Counted from the stretch's first letter, positions 35,380-46,799 are shown. The stretch is DNA of 64,000 nucleotides from Sphaerodactylus townsendi (GCF_021028975.2 NC_059439.1:22878001-22942000), one strand, 5' to 3'. Numbers and translations: made by a program. The notes: generated from the sequence alone by a model not told the origin.

Positions 35380-36339
35380 CTAACAGGAAAACCAAAACTG
35401 GTTAGAGTTGGGAAAGTATCAAGAATGTTCTAACTGATTTATTTTGAAATCTTTTTTTCTGTCCATCCTCCAAGATGCCTATACTGAGTCAAGCTTGTAT
35501 GTAAAATGCATAAGGACCAAGGTCAGCAACAACCACTGGTTGAATTGCTACTACATGACTAACCCAGCCCTGCCTGCTCACTTTTGTTCAATAGCAGCCA
35601 CCACAAGAAAGCCATGGTGGCTTGGGGTTTCACACTTATGATTCGGGAGTCCAAGGTTTGAATCACCACAGAAGTCCACTGGGTGATCCTGGGTCTTTTA
35701 CACTTCCTAAATTACCTCACCAGGTTGTTGTGAGCATACAATGAAGGAGCAGAAAGCTATGTAGTCTGCTTTGGACATGTTTTTTTGTGGAGAAAGGAGG
35801 GGTATAAATGATGTAAATAAATAATAAATTTAGCTGAAGACTGTGGGTGGAATAAAAGAAGCTTGATTGGTGAGTGGGAAAGAGATAAGAGAGCAGAAAA
35901 GGAAGGAAGATATGGAAGCTTTCAGAGGTGGGAAAGTGAAAATAATAACAGGGAGGAAATGAGATATGGCCACAAGTCCTTGAAGGTCTCCTTGTTATAA
36001 GTAATCTCAGATTGTATGGCAGCTAATATAGGCCGGTGTCAAGGTACACACAACCTTGCTCTTCCTTTTCTATTGCAGAGTTTTTAATTTCCTAAGTTTG
36101 AAGATAAACAGCATATTTTTACCAAGTCACTAAGAGGCATCCTAGAGTAACATCTCTAGATTTTCTCAATAATTTCAACCTCTACATATTTAGACACAGG
36201 GAGAAATAGTCAGCAACAAATTAAAAAAATGCTTGCTTCTCTAGCCCAAATTATCTTTACGCTGCTGTAATAGTTTTTATTCATCTACCTTTTTTGAGAA
36301 ATGTAACATTAATTACAACTACTGGAAGAAGAAGAAGAA

Positions 36340-36357
36340 GAAAAGGAAGTAGAAGTG

Positions 36358-36394
<37 letters not shown>

Positions 36395-36665
36395 CAGTAG
36401 TTTTGGATTTATACCCCACCTTTCTCTCTTTTAAGGAGACTCAAGGTGGTTTACATGCTCCTTTCCCTTCCTCTCCCCACAGCAGAGACCTTGTGAAGTA
36501 GATAAGAGTTCCAAAGGACTGTGGGTAGCCCACGGTCCCTCAGCAGGAGTGTAGGAGAGTGGGAACACATCTGGTTTATCAGAGAAGCCTCTGCCACTCA
36601 GGAGTGGGGAATCAAACTCATTTCTCCAGATTAGAATTCACCTGCTCTTAACCAGCACAACACAC
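36340..36665 (-). mobile_element. Squam3-like SINE with an expanded (GTA)n/(GAA)n tail
   Basis: ttggatttataccccacc...ctgctcttaacca is the reverse complement of the SINE; microsatellite tail at ~36325-36400. Confidence 0.8.
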
Positions 36666-36773
36666 TGGTAGAATATTAATGAATGAATGTTTTAACTAAG
36701 AAGCTCTATTAAAAACCCCACAATAGTTCAGAAAATAAGTATTCCATCCATAACCAAATATACATGTACTTAC

Positions 36774-37065
36774 CTGAGGAATCTTGTAGGTGTTGAAAAT
36801 GCTGGCTATCTCAATCATGCTTCCAGTGGGGAACTCCCCAATAACAGAAAGTGCACCATTTTCCCTATCACACTTATAGTTAGGTGCATGCCTTTGCTGT
36901 GTAAAAAGTAGATCCAGGATGACTTCATGTGTAGTTTTTGAATGAAAGAAATTGTCATAGATGTGAAATCCAAGGCTGACATTGGGCAAGAGTTTGGGAT
37001 TCTTGTTGATCTCGTTGATGGCAAAAAGCAGGGACAGGACAGCCTGATATTTTCTCATTTTTATA
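36774..37065 (-). CDS. V2R exon 2, 292 bp
   Basis: tctctgcAG|T IKMRKYQAVLSLLFAINEINKNPKLLPNVSLGFHIYD...APNYKC...YKIPQ|GTAAG; phase 2 in and phase 0 out. Confidence 0.96.
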
Positions 37066-37620
37066 CTGCAGAGATATGGACAATGAGATTTAGAAATGGT
37101 TGTCAAAAACAAAATCTAACACATTATCAGTAATGTGTAAGGTCTGCTGAGTCTGTCTGCTAGAATGAGAAGGGAATGTGAAGATGTGAAGAGTGAATAT
37201 GAGGAGGATATTTTTGTTCATTTGTTTATTTTCATTTGTTAGTTTTATATGTAGCTCTTCCCCTTATGGGCTCTGGGAGACTTCCAACATTTATACATAA
37301 ATACAATACAATACATATCTAAAACCAGACAGTGATTTAATTACAGTAAAATCAGAATACAAGGAGGGAACTGAAAATGTGAAAGAAGAGGGAAGCCAAG
37401 ATGATTAAAAAACTGTAACTCCCTCAGTCACATGCCTGGTGGAGCAACTCTGTCTTGCACGTCCAATGGAATTGCATCAGATCCTGCAGGACCCAGCTCT
37501 CACTTGACAGAGTACTCCACCAGGTTGGGGCCAGAATTGGGGCCCTGGCTCTCTTTGAGACAAGCTAGACAATTTTCAGGACAGGGATCACCAGGAATTT
37601 TTCATTCACCTACTGCAGCT

Positions 37621-37767
37621 NNNNNNNNNNNNNNNNNNNNNNNNNNNNNNNNNNNNNNNNNNNNNNNNNNNNNNNNNNNNNNNNNNNNNNNNNNNNNNNN
37701 NNNNNNNNNNNNNNNNNNNNNNNNNNNNNNNNNNNNNNNNNNNNNNNNNNNNNNNNNNNNNNNNNNN
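37621..37767. other. Assembly gap in V2R intron 1, bordered by (GTCACC)n at 37768-37797
   Basis: N run with an adjacent hexamer repeat. Confidence 1.
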
Positions 37768-37877
37768 GTCACCGTCACCGTCACCGTCACCGTCACCATC
37801 ATCCTTAACTCTAATGCAACTATTAGCAATCTTAACCATCTTCCAACAAACAGTATTAGTACTAAAGAAGAACTTAC

Positions 37878-38101
37878 AGAGAAGAATAAAGTCTACTGTC
37901 TGGAGGTGTTGTGTAATTGAGCAAAACCCCCAAACTCTCTGTTAGAGAGAGGACCCCACCAATGATGGCTTCTCCTGATTTGTAGAGGTTGTCTTGGATA
38001 GTTCTATAAAGACTACATTTGACTTTCATATCCTGTACACACACAAAACTTGGGAAAAGCAGCCATAACAGCCAACCAATGACAAATACATGTCTACCCA
38101 T
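37878..38101 (-). CDS. V2R exon 1 (signal peptide), 224 bp from ATG 38101
   Basis: MGRHVFVIGWLLWLLFPSFVC hydrophobic signal; YKSGEAIIGG motif; ends CT|GTAAG (phase 2, matching exon 2). In-frame upstream Mets exist, so the start is uncertain. Confidence 0.88.
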
Positions 38102-38418
38102 GCGATAGTTGCACATGTGCATTCTTAGAGAATAATCTTGAACAGGTTTACTCAGAATACTGCTCAATGATCCTTACTCCCAGGAAAGTATGCTTAGGGT
38201 AGCACAGAAAATCATGTCCTCTGCTATAAGAGCCTAACAGGAAAGAGCTTACATCAATTCAGTCTTACTCCTCTATGCAGCAACAACCCAGATTTAATAT
38301 GTGTATTTGAGATTAGTCATAGAAGTAGATTCAGAAGCTAAGCATCAGCAGTGTAATTTAGATTGTTCTTTGACTATAATTTTACAGGAAATAAAATTAG
38401 TAATCATGATTTTGATTG

Positions 38419-38500
38419 CCAGCCACAGATGCAGGCGAAATGTCAAGAGAGAATGCTGCTAGAACACGGCCATACATCCCAGAAACCACACAGCACCCCA
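38419..38500 (+). mobile_element. Short Penelope pLTR insertion upstream of the V2R
   Basis: ccagccacagatgcaggcgaaatgtc...aaaccacacagcaccc with a 13-bp TSD ATGATTTTGATTG (38406-18 / 38501-13). Confidence 0.9.
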
Positions 38501-38776
38501 ATGATTTTGATTGTTAGATAACAACAATTTTGATAATTACAGAGTAGAAAATTCCTAGATATCACCAATTTTCTGTGAAACTGAAAAAAATATTTTCCAA
38601 GTTTCAAAAAAAGTTATTGCAGGTGTTTCAGAGAGCTAGTTGGTTCTTTCTGCAGTGCTTGTACTAAATATGCAACGATGAAATGCAAGGATTGCCTTGG
38701 TATGTGACTTGGGTGGGCACCTCCAAAACTGTAAGGCAAAAACATGCACAAAAATCACTCTGTAAGTTATTACTAA

Positions 38777-39237
38777 GGCCGTTTCCGCATGAGCCAAAAA
38801 CACCGCCCCCAGGCCGCCGTTCGCACAGGCGGTGCTGCTGAAACACAGCAGGCGTCAGGCCGCCCTAAAAAACAACCCTTTAAAGGGTTGTTTTTGAGGG
38901 GACAGCGTCTTCCTGGCGGCGCGGTGCGAACAGCACCGCCGGGAACACACTGTTTCCCCTTCCCTCTCCCACTTCCCTCGTCCCTGTCGTCGTCCTGCTG
39001 GCCTCCTAAGTCCCTCCCTCGCTGTCCTCCTACCCCTGAAGGTCGGAGGGCAGCATGGGTGGGGCTTAGGAGGCCAGCAGGACGACGACAGGGACGAGGG
39101 AAGGGGGGAAAACGTCTGCGGCAGCCTCTGCTGGCAGCCCTCTGCTGGGCCCACTGCAGCTGGTAACGGGCCTCCACCCCCACACCGGCAGAATTCTTGC
39201 CGGCGTGGGGGCGCTTAGAGGCCATGCGGAAACGGCC
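38777..39237. mobile_element. GC-rich Harbinger-type MITE, 461 bp, with internal palindromes
   Basis: TAA|GGCCGTTTCCGCATG ... CATGCGGAAACGGCC|TAA, perfect 15-bp TIRs. Confidence 0.95.
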
Positions 39238-40284
39238 TAAGATTTTGAGAATAGTAATAACAAATCCAACATTTGGTTTATTGGTCAGTTTGCTCCCGAG
39301 CCCCATTCACCCTGCTCCTCAAAGATTGTGATTGGACAGTTACACAATTCTAAGTCCATTGAAGTGAATGCAATAACTTTGGTAGGTAACAAGACTCTTG
39401 TGGATGTACCAAAAGAAGATGTAAAAAATACTTTTAAAAACCCAGACTCCATTCTTATTTTGAAAAAGTCTCACGCTGAAAATAAAATATGCATATTTTC
39501 TTTATTAGAGTACCTTAAAGAAAATAAAGACATTAGTCAAGAGAAGAATTCCATGGGGGACAATTATCTGCATTATTTATTTATTTATGTTTCTCCAATG
39601 CTAACTTTGCTGGCATGGCAACCAAGTTCTGCACAACTGAGCTACTGAAAACCTTTTCTCTATGTTGCTCTGGAGGTTTTGCTATAATATTTATTTGAGT
39701 GTATATATATATACATATGTATATGGATAGATAAGTCAAATGGTTCTCACTACAGTTTTACAATTACAATTACAATTACAATTACAATCAGGCTTACACT
39801 TTAAGGAAATATATCATCAATAGCATGGGAATCTGTAATACATCAGGATTACTTCAATCTGGAGAATGATTTTTTTCTGATTTTAAAAGGGTATTTTAAA
39901 AGGTTTTTTTTCTGATTTTAAAAGGGTTTTAAAAGGCAAGTAATGCATTATTTTTCCTCATTTTAATGTTAAGCTGTCGAAAAGTAACAAACTTTTAATG
40001 TTTTTGTCATAGCACAAGCTTTTATGAAAATATTATAGATTTTAGACTTTTAAAAGATCAGCTTAGAAGGCTCTTTATTATAGTCTGCAACAGAAGATTT
40101 GAGGATTTCATTTTGTGGTAGGCAGTAATTAAAATTCAAAACCTAAGTGCTCAGAAGTAAGTCTGGCTGTTGTGTTATTGGGCTGGTTCCTAAAGGCAAA
40201 GAAAATTTGCCAAGGGCAAAATTTGCAAATTTAAAAACATTATCTTTTCTTTCTGATTATGTCCCTCACTCCAGATCAGCCTCT

Positions 40285-41220
40285 ATGCAGGAAGTAGGAG
40301 CAAATGAGACAGAAGTGACTGAATTTATCCTCATTGGCTGGTCAGGATGCCCCAAGCAAAGGATGGCACTAATGATCTTCTTGATTGTTGCTTATGCTGT
40401 AACAGCTGTTGGAAATGGACTCATTGTGTTAGTGGTTGTATCTGATCCACGGCTTCACAACCCCATGTATTTCTTTCTGTGCAATTTGTCTTTTCTTGAT
40501 CTCTGCCTCATAACAAATGCAGCTCCACAATCTATAGCCAACTGTTTAGTGGATCGGCCTATTATGTCTTTTCCTTTGTGCTTCATCCAAATCTATTTTG
40601 GTTTATGCTTTGGGTCAACAGAATGTTTACTTCTGGCTGTCATGGCTTATGACCGTTACATTGCTATCTCCAATCCACTACGCTACACTCTCATCATGAA
40701 TATGAGAGTTTTTATCATATTGGTCACTGTGACGTGGACTAGTGCCTTTATGCTGACCATTGTCCCCTGTCTGGCTAAGCCAGCCAGATTTTGTGGAAAC
40801 AACGAAGTTGATCAATTGTCATGTGAATTTAAATCTGTATTTTAACTCATTTGTACAGATACATCTTTAAGCCAAATAAGCATTTACTTCACCAGCAGCT
40901 TTTTGTTAGTTTTTCCCCTAATCTTTATCCTTCTTTCCTATTTGCGCATTCTTGTGGCCATCTTGAGGATGCATTCAGGTGGCAGGATGAAGGCTTTTTC
41001 GACATGTGGGTCCCATCTTGCTGTGGTGTCCATGTTCTATGGCACTTGCATCTTCTCCTATCTCCTTCCTCAAACAAAGAGCACAAGTAACATTGAAAAA
41101 ATAGTATCTGTATTTTATGGAGTGGTGGTGCCCATGTTGAACCCATTAATTTACACCCTCAGAAATCAAGATGTCATGGGGGCGTTGAAGAGACTGCTAA
41201 ATCAAAAAAGTATCACATAA
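40285..41220 (+). pseudogene. Olfactory receptor (OR2/13-like, 311 codons) with a single in-frame stop
   Basis: ORFs 40147..40845 and 40903..41220 are in the same frame; TAA at 40843-45 replaces the Lys of the xKLxCxDT motif (SVF*LICTDT); start MQEVG at 40285 after the acceptor ctcactccAG. Confidence 0.92.
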
Positions 41221-41479
41221 GAGCTGATCTATGCCAATATATAATTTCCCCCCTCTTAATTAAATGTAGCAGCATTCAGTCATTTTATTTCTGCAACATA
41301 ATTTGTTTTCATCCCTCTGTTTTGACATATTTGTGCACACATTTTATTAGATTTCCTGTTCAAGTGAAAAAAAAAAGTACTGTTGCAATAACCTGGGTTG
41401 AATCCTTCCAGCCTCTTTCGTTGCCCTTGTCCAATTTCCCTTCTTCATGTGGCTTTTTCCCTACATGGCTTTTGTTTGG

Positions 41480-41900
41480 GCTTAATATTATAACATCTGC
41501 AAAGCTTTTTTTTTGCTCAGAATTGGAAGAAAAAAATGACCTCAAAGAAGGATAGGTTAGCAAAAGTAACAGAATGTTTTCAGCTATTTAAATTAACTCG
41601 TTTATTACAACACAAAATGTATGATAAATTTGGGAAATGGAATTCTTTTTGTGTACAATGAGAAATTAATTTTAAGAGTGTATATTTGATTTTTTATAAA
41701 TAGTTCTATCATTTGTGTCTTAGGCTGATTCCGCATGGGCCAAAAACAGCAGTGTGAAAATGGCGTGAAAATGGTGTAAAAGGGTTTATACCATTTTCAC
41801 GCCATTTTCACACCGCTGTTTTTGACCCATGTGGAATCCACCTTAGAAATTTGTATGTATAAGTTTCAGGTTTATATTAATAAATATAACTTTAAAAAGA
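41480..41900 (+). mobile_element. Decayed L1-like ORF2 3' end
   Basis: Remnant AKL..AQNWK..-like peptide followed by an AT-rich UTR and aataaa; interrupted by a MITE. Confidence 0.4.
41723..41842. mobile_element. Harbinger-type MITE (same family as 11164)
   Basis: TTA|GGCTGATTCCGCATGGGCC ... CCCATGTGGAATCCACC|TTA. Confidence 0.92.
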
Positions 41901-44151
41901 GAATGGTCAGTGTTTAGTGTTGTTCACATGTGTTGTTCATTTTTATAAAATAAAATAATAATAATGAGGGATGCAACCTACTGCCCCTCACCTCAGAATG
42001 CACTACATAGTAATTTATGGCTCATTGAGTCCACCCTGAGATATAGAATAATAGATTTTAGAAGTTGGATGCTCTTTCCCATCTTCCACAATTTTGAAAC
42101 ATTCTGAGACAGGTGGGGGGGATTGCAAATGATTATGTTTCTCCTCAAATGAAACTTCCAAGGAAGTTTTAAGTCTAGTCAAATGTTATTCAACAAAAGC
42201 AGCAACATTTTCAGCTGCATCCCATCAATCTTGTTTTGTATTTATGTGTGTGCATGTTTTGCCAAAGAAAAGAAAATAATTATTCCAAAACACCTAGTGG
42301 AATAATTTTGTTTTGTTTGTTCTGTAAAACCTAGGAAGATGTGAGGAGTGTAATCTTCAAGTTCATGTACTTAATAGGTATAGATTATGCTTAAGTCTTT
42401 TTTAACAAATTACTCCATGGGGATTATATGAGTTAGAAATGCAAGGTAAAAACACACACATACACACAAGCACATGCACCCCCCCCCCCATCACTCTAAT
42501 TCGTTCTTGGCTTCTCTGGATGAAACCAGTTCAGTGAAAATGACTCATAAGTAGCCCTTGTGTTAGCGATCCAAACTCAAATTTTCTTTATAAAAACAGC
42601 CATTGAAAAATTAGAAAGCTAAATGTAAACAAGGGGAACTCAGAAAGCAGCAAATTCATTTTAGTGAAGTGAAGACTGAGAATTTTTTTTAAAAAAATCC
42701 TTATTGATGCTGATGGACACTCTGCTTTGAATTTATGACTAGCTATTTTTAAGCCACACAACTCTATTATCATTCCAAATTTTGCCTTCCAACTTTACTC
42801 TGATCCCCACTTTCAGTGAAACATTATTATAAATGGAAATGGAAGTCCTTAATGACTTAATTAAAAGAAGTACAAATTGTACTTCAGGATATTAAAAAAC
42901 ACACACAATGATTTTTCAGTGTTCCAAGGAGTGACTCATACACATACATACAAGGTAAGCCACTTTTTTGTTTGTTTTCTTTGGCATGGTGTTTTTAATG
43001 CATTTTCAAAACATTACTATTAAATGCATTGGAATTATGCTAGTACCAGTAAATGCTTGAACACTTTTATTAAACCTCTAATAAACTTGGACTGAATCAT
43101 GGCCATTGTAACGATCTTTGAACAAAACATGCGACTACAATTTGATATACATATTTGGTTATACATATGGCGTATAAATCTATGTGTTTGCTAGATTTAA
43201 GCAAATGATTTAGAGGAGGGTTGGTGGACAGCCATAAATTGGATCCAATCGGTTATTTCACTCAATCTCACCCAATCTTACTCCAAACTACCCCCTGCCC
43301 CCAAACCTTGCATGGCTTTTGAACATGCAGTTTTTATTATTCTCAGCATATCCACTTGGGGTGGTCAAATATTATGTCTTCTTAGTTTTTTACCAGCTGA
43401 AAAGAAAGCTGGATTCAACTAACTGTCTGAAAAAAAGAATCAGGAAACTTTCTCCCCTGTCAATTGATTATGCACACAGGATTGTTTTCTTGTTAGAAAT
43501 TGAGACACTTCCCAATGTGTTCTAAATGGAGTCAATTTATTCTTCATGCCAACTGTAATGCAAGAGTGAAGCTAAACCAATTACCGAAATCATTGGGCTT
43601 TGACTGGACAAACTACATATGGTCACACTGCTGCTTATGCCAAAATCATGATCATAGAGCAGTTGAATGGGCTAAATCTCACCATTATGAAGATTATGCA
43701 GCAGTTCTATATCTCTTATGTGTAAGTAACAGTTAAGTGAAATCTTCTGGGGCTCTACTTTTTGTATTTGAACAAAGCTTGGATGTTGGAGTCATAGCTT
43801 GCCTTAGAGATTCAGCTGGAACCTTCAGCAAAAACTAAGCTGGTAATATTCCTCGTAAGAGTATTGGTTATTATACCATGCTGATGGTACATTTGGCTTG
43901 ACTTTCCATCTTTACTCTATGCCCAGCCGGATGCTACAGGGGGCTTTGCAATCATCTTTCCTTTTCTGTTATTCCTCAGTATCCCATATTGTCTACCATT
44001 TGCTTCAATAATGTATTTCTCTAGCACAAGACCTTTCTCTGATACAAGAGACTGATTTTAGCAGAAAATAGGCTGTCCAGATTAGAGGAATTCACTGTAG
44101 GTGACAAATCAATACAAGCGTCCCATAAAGGATTCAAGACTATGGATGAAA

Positions 44152-44280
44152 GAGGCAATTTGCCACTGCCTGCCCCTTCATAGCAACTCTAGACTTCCTT
44201 GGTGGTTTCCCATCTGAGTTCTGACCAGGGCCAACCCTGCTTCCAAAATCTGATGAGACTGGTCTAGCCTGGGCCATCTA
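44152..44280 (-). mobile_element. 5S rRNA-derived SINE head (5S-Sauria-like), decayed
   Basis: Minus strand gtctcatcagattttggaagcagggttggccctggtcagaactcagatgggaaaccacc resembles 5S rRNA ATCTCGTCTGATCTCGGAAGCTAAGCAGGGTCGGGCCTGGTTAGTACTTGGATGGGAGACC, followed by Sauria-like ggcaggcagtggcaaa. Confidence 0.7.
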
Positions 44281-44882
44281 GCTCTAGGCGAATATTATGT
44301 TAGATTCTGTAATTTCTGTGGCAGAGGAAAAGTAGTTGACTCTCATTGGGAGCAAAAAATTCTGAAATCTATTTTTGTGAGAAAGAACCAAATTTCAAAC
44401 TCCCCCTAATTTCAAACCTCACGAAATATTAGCCCAGTAGAAATTTGAGGATTGTATGCATTGTGAACTTAGAGCCACCTAAGATCACATGAAGATCCTT
44501 GGTATGATTTCTTGTCATAAATACTTTGCAGGGCAGCCTAATCAGAACCCCATCCCGTTAAGCCCATTGACATCAAAACACTTCAAACACTTTTCTTTTA
44601 GGTCTGCACTCTTGTTGAATTGAGATGCGTGGATGTGTGGATTTGAAGGTGGGTTATTTTTGTAACAACTGTTTAAAAAACAGGCAAGACATAAACAAGG
44701 CAAAAACAAGGAGCTTTACACTAATAGAAGTTCTTCACAGAACAAAGTAATATGGTACAACCCATTGTTTTTGATGCTGGTTGCAATTTTTTTAGAAAAA
44801 CTGTTTAAACTATGTATTGAAGATATTACACGTCACATCAATAGCAATAGAACTGACATTTCATTGCTGTTAACTTTTGACA

Positions 44883-45125
44883 AGGAGCCCCATGGTGTGG
44901 AGTGGTAAACTGCATATAGAGCTCCAGCTTGACTCAATCTTTTATGCTGCTGAGGTCAGTAAAACGAGTACCCACTTTGCTGGTGGTAAAATGTAGATGA
45001 CTGGAGAAAGCAGTGCCTAACTATCCTGTAAACACTGTATACCTAGTAAACGTCCGGTTGTGACATCACCCCATGGGTCAGTAATGATCCAGTGTTTACG
45101 CAGGGACTATCTTTACCTTTTTACC
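44883..45125 (+). mobile_element. Sauria SINE (Squam1-like)
   Basis: aggagccc..ggtg..gagtggtaa head; gaggtcagtaaaacgagtaccc; gtgacatcaccccatgggtcagtaatga; (ACCTTT)-like tail. Confidence 0.82.
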
Positions 45126-45207
45126 ATTTTATACTGAGACTACAAAAATGTAACATGTTCAAGATAGTTAATTGTGTTCTTTTCCTTTCTGACCAGGTGA
45201 AGTCCTC

Positions 45208-46143
45208 ATGTCAGAACTAGGAGAACTGAATGTTACTGAAGTAACAGAATTTGTTCTCATTGGTTTCTCTGGGAAGCCCAAGACCAGGATGGGTTTAATT
45301 GCCTTTATGACAATTGTCTATTTGGTGACCATACTAGGAAATGGAGTCATTGTCTTGGTGGTCATAACTGAGACCCATCTCCACAACCCAATGTACTTTT
45401 TCCTTTGTAACTTATCCATACTTGATATCTGTTTTTCTACATCTTCAATTCCTCAAGCTATTGCCAATGCTTTGGTGGACAGGCCTATCATGTCTTTTTC
45501 CATGTGTTATACTCAGATGTATACTGGTGTCTACCTTGGAACAACTGAATGTTTCCTGCTAGCTGTCATGGCTTATGATCGGTATGTTGCTATCTCCAGC
45601 CCTCTGCGTTATATGATCATCATGAACGGGAATGTTTGCATCATTTTGGCTGTTTTTGCATGGTCAATTGCCTTCACTTTATCCATTCTTCCCGGCATTG
45701 TTAATCCAGTACAATTCTGTGGTCACAATGAAGTGGATAATTTAACCTGTGAGGTCACTGCTCTCTTAAAATTGGTCTGCTCAGATACTTCTGTGAACCA
45801 GCTCATAATGTATTTTACAAGTAGCTTTAGTCTGGTTTTCCCTTTCTGTTTTATCCTCTTTTCTTACATGCGGATTATTGTGGCCATTCTGAGAGTCGAT
45901 TCTTCAAATAGTAGATTGAAAGCTTTCTCAACCTGTGGATCTCACTTGGCTGTAGTCTGCCTCTATTATGGAACATGTATGTTCTCATACTTAAAACCTC
46001 AACCTAGGGTTAGGCAAGAGAGAGACAAAATTATTTCTATATTTTATGGAATAGTGACACCCATGTTGAATCCTTTAATCTATACACTGCGAAACCAGGA
46101 TGTGATAGGGGCACTTCAAAGACTTGTAGGGAAGAAAATGTGA
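45208..46143 (+). CDS. Olfactory receptor, intact, 311 aa (OR2/13-like; paralog of 40285)
   Basis: LHNPMYFFLCNLS, MAYDRYVAIS, KAFSTCGSHL and PMLNPLIYTLRN motifs; NVT sequon; acceptor tttctgaccAG 11 nt upstream. Confidence 0.97.
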   Translation: MSELGELNVTEVTEFVLIGFSGKPKTRMGLIAFMTIVYLVTILGNGVIVLVVITETHLHNPMYFFLCNLSILDICFSTSSIPQAIANALVDRPIMSFSMCYTQMYTGVYLGTTECFLLAVMAYDRYVAISSPLRYMIIMNGNVCIILAVFAWSIAFTLSILPGIVNPVQFCGHNEVDNLTCEVTALLKLVCSDTSVNQLIMYFTSSFSLVFPFCFILFSYMRIIVAILRVDSSNSRLKAFSTCGSHLAVVCLYYGTCMFSYLKPQPRVRQERDKIISIFYGIVTPMLNPLIYTLRNQDVIGALQRLVGKKM

Positions 46144-46470
46144 TCCTCTGTGTTGTGTTTATTGTAATTTGCACAAACTTGGAACTACTTTTCATCTGGG
46201 CTGACATTTCCATCATTTTTGTTTTCCTGATTTTTTTTCATGCTGTTTCATTATTTAACCAATAAAACTGCCTTTGTTTAACTGAACTCATGTTACTACC
46301 AAAATATGAAGACAATAACTTCTTCAAAAGTATGTGTAGCAGGTGATGAAAGTTGAACCTGCTGAATATTTTCTGATCCATCGCTCCTTGTGCTCATTAG
46401 CATAGATGGTTAGATCATTTTATATACATAAATAAAAACTCAAAATAGTTTTATTAGTTTTTTTTGGGGG

Positions 46471-46799
46471 GGAGGAGTCCTGTGGCACAGAGTGGTAAGC
46501 TGTTCATGATCCAAGTTTGATATGAACCCAGTTTTGATATGAACCAAGTTCATGATCCAAGTTTGACATTGATGGAAATCAATTTCAGGTAACTGGTTTA
46601 AGAAAGAGTCAGTGTTCCATCCTTCCAAGGTTGGTAAAATGAGTACCCAGCTTACTGGAGCTAAAGTGTAGCTGACTGAAGAAGGAAAGGGCAAACCACC
46701 CAGCAAAGAGAGTCTGCCTAGTAAAGTTAAGGATGTGATGTCACCCTATGGGTCAGTAATAACCCAGTGCTTGCACAGAGGGTGACTTTTACCTCTTTT
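46471..46799 (+). mobile_element. Sauria SINE (Squam1-like)
   Basis: ggagtcctgtggcacagagtggtaagc head; ttccatccttccaaggttggtaaaatgagtacccag; tail ttttacctctttt. Confidence 0.82.

Noticed and set aside
40147-40284. 46-aa N-terminal extension of the OR from a GTG start (likewise 14897 and 25028)
   Set aside because: The ORF runs back through a pyrimidine tract and AG acceptor into intron; the downstream ATG gives a normal-length OR with its N-glycosylation sequon.
44152-44280. 5S rRNA gene
   Set aside because: Heavily diverged, partial and fused to SINE sequence; a 5S-derived SINE rather than a functional gene.
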